This document shows, one piece after another, positions 39,108 to 42,368 of a stretch of DNA of 42,368 nt (position 1 is its first letter; each line of letters starts with the position of its first letter). The stretch comes from Rhodoluna sp. (GTDB taxonomy: Bacteria; Actinomycetota; Actinomycetes; Actinomycetales; Microbacteriaceae). Below the pieces are notes generated by a model. It was given only the letters and a program-made list of their open reading frames with translations, did not search any database and was not told the DNA's origin. Both the position numbers and the translations under genes were made by a program. The DNA is taken from positions 1 through 42,368 of the forward strand of contig JBJTHM010000004.1 in NCBI GenBank assembly GCA_046094465.1, given 5' to 3'.

Positions 39108-41246
39108 CTATGCCTTGGTTAGAAAGTCTGCTCTCTGCTTATCAATCTGCTCAAGGGATAAAGCCAGCAGAGGGTGCTTTTCAAGGGTGGGGTCGTTCTG
39201 GAAAAGGCTCAATACCTGAGTTCTGACATCCTGAATCAACTGCTGGTCTTTGAGCACCCTGAGAAGTTTCAAACTGCTTCTGCCGCCGGACTGGCTGGCC
39301 CCAAGAACATCTCCCTCACGACGTATCTCGAGATCAATCTCACTGAGTTTAAAGCCGTCGCTGGTCTCGGCAACCGCCTTTACTCTCTCCAATGCAAGCG
39401 AGCCTTCTTCAGCCGAGGTCAGCATAAGGGCAAGACCTGGATGCTCCCCTCGGCCAACTCGACCGCGCAACTGGTGCAACTGGGAGATGCCAAACCTATC
39501 GGCATCAAGAATCACCATTGTGGTTGCATTTGGAATATCAACCCCAACTTCAATGACCGTAGTTGATACGAGGATATCTATTTCACGATTGGTGAACTTA
39601 GTCATCACTTCCGCTTTGGTCTCTGCTGACTGCCTACCGTGCAATAAACCGATTCTTAGATCTTTGAGGATTGGATTGGCTTTTAGTTCCTCCGCTACTA
39701 ACACAGCTGAGGCAAGCGGTCGCTTCGGTTTTCCATCCTCAGGTAACTGTTCAATATCAGGGGCATCATCTTTTTCATCAATCCGAGGGCAAACTACAAA
39801 AACCTGCCTCCCCGCGGTTACCTCTTCTCTGACTCGCTGCCAGACTCGAGCAACTAGATTTGGTTGATCCACGGTAATCACATGCGAGGCGATTGGCTTT
39901 CGGCCATTCGGTAGTTGATCTAAAACTGATATATCTAAATCACCAAAAACTGTCACAGCTCGAGTCCTTGGAATAGGGGTCGCAGTCATGGTCAGGACAT
40001 GAGGTGCACTCTTTCCTTTGAGCCTCAGCGCTTCACGTTGCTCAACACCGAACCGGTGTTGCTCATCAATCACGATTAGCCCAAGGTCATAAAACTCGAC
40101 CTTCTCGGCAATCAAAGCGTGTGTTCCAACTATGATTTTTGCCTTACCCGAGATTATTGCTAGCAAAGCCGATTTTCTATCAGCAGCGTTCAATTGGCCC
40201 GTAAGTAAAGTGAGGCCCAGTTCTTTAGCGAGTTCCGGCCCAATGGTTTTCAAGATGGATTGATAATGCTGTGAGGCTAAAACTTCAGTTGGAGCTAGAA
40301 GAGCTGCCTGCCCGTCACTTTCAGCGACCGTCAGCATCGCCCTAACCGCAACGAGGGTTTTTCCAGCACCCACCTCACCCTGCAATAGACGATTCATCGG
40401 ATGCCCCGAAGCTAAATCTTTAGCAATTTCATTTCCACTGACAACCTGTTTAGCGGTGAGAGTGAAGGGCAGAGCGCTATCAAATTTTTCTAACAAGCCA
40501 CCAGGCCTTGCTTCACGAACCGTGCTTTGTTGATGTTTGAGTAGCAGTCGAGATCTTGTCAGGGTTGCCTGAAGCATGAAAGCTTCCTGGAATTTGAGCC
40601 TTTCGAGAGCTTTGTGAGCCTCATCTAGGTTCTTTGGTTGATGTATTTGCCTGATGGCCTGATCGATACTCAACATACCCTGGGTCAACTCCTGTGGGAT
40701 TTCATCCTGCAGAGTTTCTAGACCATCGAGCACAATCTTGATTGACCGTTGAATCATCCAGGTCGTGCAGCTCGAGGAAGCTGGGTAGATAGGTATCGGT
40801 AGCTCAGCCCAAGCCTTCGCGACATCATCTTCAATCTCGTCATTGAACAGGGCGTAATCAGGATGTGAAAGTTGCAGCTTATTGTTGTAGCTGCCGATTT
40901 TTCCAGACCAAAGCCCTCTGGTTCCGGGGGCTAGTTTCTGTTTACGCCAGGCTTGATTGAAAAATGTTGCTGTGACAAAACCTTCCCCGTCGGTAATCTT
41001 CACTTCAAGAATGTGGCCTGCCTTACCCTTCATTCTTCGCTCAGTAACATCCACGACATCGGCAATCAAGGTAGCGGTTTCACCTACTGGGATTCCAGAG
41101 ATTTTGGTGAGTTCTCCTCTAGCGCTATACCTCCGGGGGTAGTGCATTAAAAGGTCTGCAGCGGTTACCAGAGATAAGCTCTTGGCTAATGCCTTGGCGG
41201 TCTTTTCACCCAAGAGCCGGTTCAGTGGCGTTTGCGGTAACAGCAT
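39108..41246 (-). CDS. recG: ATP-dependent DNA helicase RecG
   Basis: QGEVGAGKT, DEQHRFG, MTATPIPR, QLHQLRGRVGRG. Confidence 0.97.
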   Translation of the reverse strand: MLLPQTPLNRLLGEKTAKALAKSLSLVTAADLLMHYPRRYSARGELTKISGIPVGETATLIADVVDVTERRMKGKAGHILEVKITDGEGFVTATFFNQAWRKQKLAPGTRGLWSGKIGSYNNKLQLSHPDYALFNDEIEDDVAKAWAELPIPIYPASSSCTTWMIQRSIKIVLDGLETLQDEIPQELTQGMLSIDQAIRQIHQPKNLDEAHKALERLKFQEAFMLQATLTRSRLLLKHQQSTVREARPGGLLEKFDSALPFTLTAKQVVSGNEIAKDLASGHPMNRLLQGEVGAGKTLVAVRAMLTVAESDGQAALLAPTEVLASQHYQSILKTIGPELAKELGLTLLTGQLNAADRKSALLAIISGKAKIIVGTHALIAEKVEFYDLGLIVIDEQHRFGVEQREALRLKGKSAPHVLTMTATPIPRTRAVTVFGDLDISVLDQLPNGRKPIASHVITVDQPNLVARVWQRVREEVTAGRQVFVVCPRIDEKDDAPDIEQLPEDGKPKRPLASAVLVAEELKANPILKDLRIGLLHGRQSAETKAEVMTKFTNREIDILVSTTVIEVGVDIPNATTMVILDADRFGISQLHQLRGRVGRGEHPGLALMLTSAEEGSLALERVKAVAETSDGFKLSEIDLEIRREGDVLGASQSGGRSSLKLLRVLKDQQLIQDVRTQVLSLFQNDPTLEKHPLLALSLEQIDKQRADFLTKA

Positions 41247-41292
41247 GGTTAAATCTTCCCCGAAGGTTTATCTAAGTTAGGCTAGCCACACT

Positions 41293-41859
41293 ATGACCAG
41301 AATCATCGGTGGAATTGCGGGCAGTAGAACACTCATCTCGCCAGCCAAATCCACTAGACCGACCAGTGATCGAATTCGTGAGAGCATCTTTAGCCGTTTG
41401 GATGCTCTAAACCTTATCGAAGAATCTCGAGTTCTGGATCTTTATGCTGGAACCGGTGCATTGGGGCTAGAGGCTGCAAGTAGGGGTGCAGAACGAGTTG
41501 TTTTCGTGGAGAACAATAAGCAGGCACTGGGTGGAATCATTCAGAATTTCCGTATGGTCAAAACAGCCCTGCAAAAAGAGAATCTGGACTGTGATTTCCA
41601 GGCGGTTGGAAAGACTGTGCTTAGTTTTCTGGGCAGCCAAAGTGAAAGCTTTGATCTGGTGTTCATTGACCCGCCATATGAACTTTCGAATGATTCAGTC
41701 ACCGATGTTTTGGAGCAGCTGCTAGCCTTTCTTGAACCAAATGCAACCATAGTTTTAGAACGCTCCAGTAGAGATCAGCAACCAAAAATTCCTTCCGCTC
41801 TGAGTTTGAGTGAAGCCAAGAATTACGGCGACACAGTGGTTTATTGGCTCAACAACTAA
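41293..41859 (+). CDS. rsmD: 16S rRNA m2G966 methyltransferase
   Basis: MTRIIGG, TRPTSDRIRE, LDLYAGTGALGLEA.SRG, DPPY, YG.T. Confidence 0.95.
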   Translation: MTRIIGGIAGSRTLISPAKSTRPTSDRIRESIFSRLDALNLIEESRVLDLYAGTGALGLEAASRGAERVVFVENNKQALGGIIQNFRMVKTALQKENLDCDFQAVGKTVLSFLGSQSESFDLVFIDPPYELSNDSVTDVLEQLLAFLEPNATIVLERSSRDQQPKIPSALSLSEAKNYGDTVVYWLNN

Positions 41860-41868
41860 ACTAAACAG

Positions 41869-42368
41869 GTGCAAGAACCTGTAAAGACGCACTGGACCAA
41901 GATCCACATAATGGCTTTAGCCAGAGGCTTTAGCCTATTAGGAACTGAACTCACTATTTTCACGCTTGTCTTCCGTGAAAAAGAGCTAGGGCCAGCTGCA
42001 GTTGCAGCACTGTTTATTGTCGGAACCCTACCGGTAATCATTTTCTCTCCGATAGCTGGAACTATCGCTGATCGATTTTCAACCAAAACTGTTATCCCCA
42101 TCTTGTCTGTAATCGGCGGCTTGGCCGTTTTTGCACAGACCCAACGTCTAGAAACCTGGGCCATCCTCACCTTGCTGTTCATAGCAAACACCTGTGCCTC
42201 AATCGTTGGACCGACCTGGGCTAAGTTAACTCCACTACTGGCAACCAAGGACGATATCTCCAGAGCCATGGGAACCATCCAGAGTTATTTCTCACTGGCT
42301 GGATTATTCGGACCAGCAGTAGCGGGAATCCTCGTTTCACAAACCGGCTATGTCATTACTTTTGTGAT
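41869..42368 (+). CDS. MFS transporter, N-terminal part; runs off window and is absent from the ORF track
   Basis: GTG 41869 opens MQEPVKTHWTKIHIMALARGFSLLGTELTIF...LPVIIFSPIAGTIADRFS (MFS motif A) ...GLFGPAVAGILV. No stop before the window end. Confidence 0.88.
   Translation, partial: MQEPVKTHWTKIHIMALARGFSLLGTELTIFTLVFREKELGPAAVAALFIVGTLPVIIFSPIAGTIADRFSTKTVIPILSVIGGLAVFAQTQRLETWAILTLLFIANTCASIVGPTWAKLTPLLATKDDISRAMGTIQSYFSLAGLFGPAVAGILVSQTGYVITFV

Overview
Densely packed core-genome window from a streamlined actinobacterium. Gene order and protein signatures point to Microbacteriaceae, probably a freshwater Luna-type lineage such as Aquiluna or Rhodoluna; this is inferred, not database-checked. 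It holds about 43 CDS and one tRNA-His. From left to right: partial RND permease, orn, tRNA-His, YciI, gatCAB, a FilP/DivIVA-like coiled coil, ligA, mnmA, cysteine desulfurase, a YbbN-like protein, a membrane/lipoprotein fusion, a second FilP/DivIVA-like protein with an AI-2E transporter, a cell-envelope cluster, rpsB-tsf-pyrH-frr-cdsA, M23/xerC/dprA, rplS-lepB-rnhB, rpsP-khpA-rimM-trmD, smc-ftsY-ffh, recG-coaD-yceD-rpmF-rnc-mutM, rsmD and a partial MFS transporter. I found no mobile element, CRISPR array or recognisable defence system. The most interesting signals are regulatory or architectural: (1) rimM has no canonical start codon and appears to need ATT; (2) a 568-aa protein has an internal lipoprotein signal; (3) many genes look leaderless, some with PafBC/RecA-NDp-like promoters; (4) rplS, rpsP and rpsB have structured leaders; (5) all four convergent gene pairs overlap by the same 4-nt double stop; (6) there are three DivIVA-motif proteins; (7) yraN-comM is absent next to dprA.
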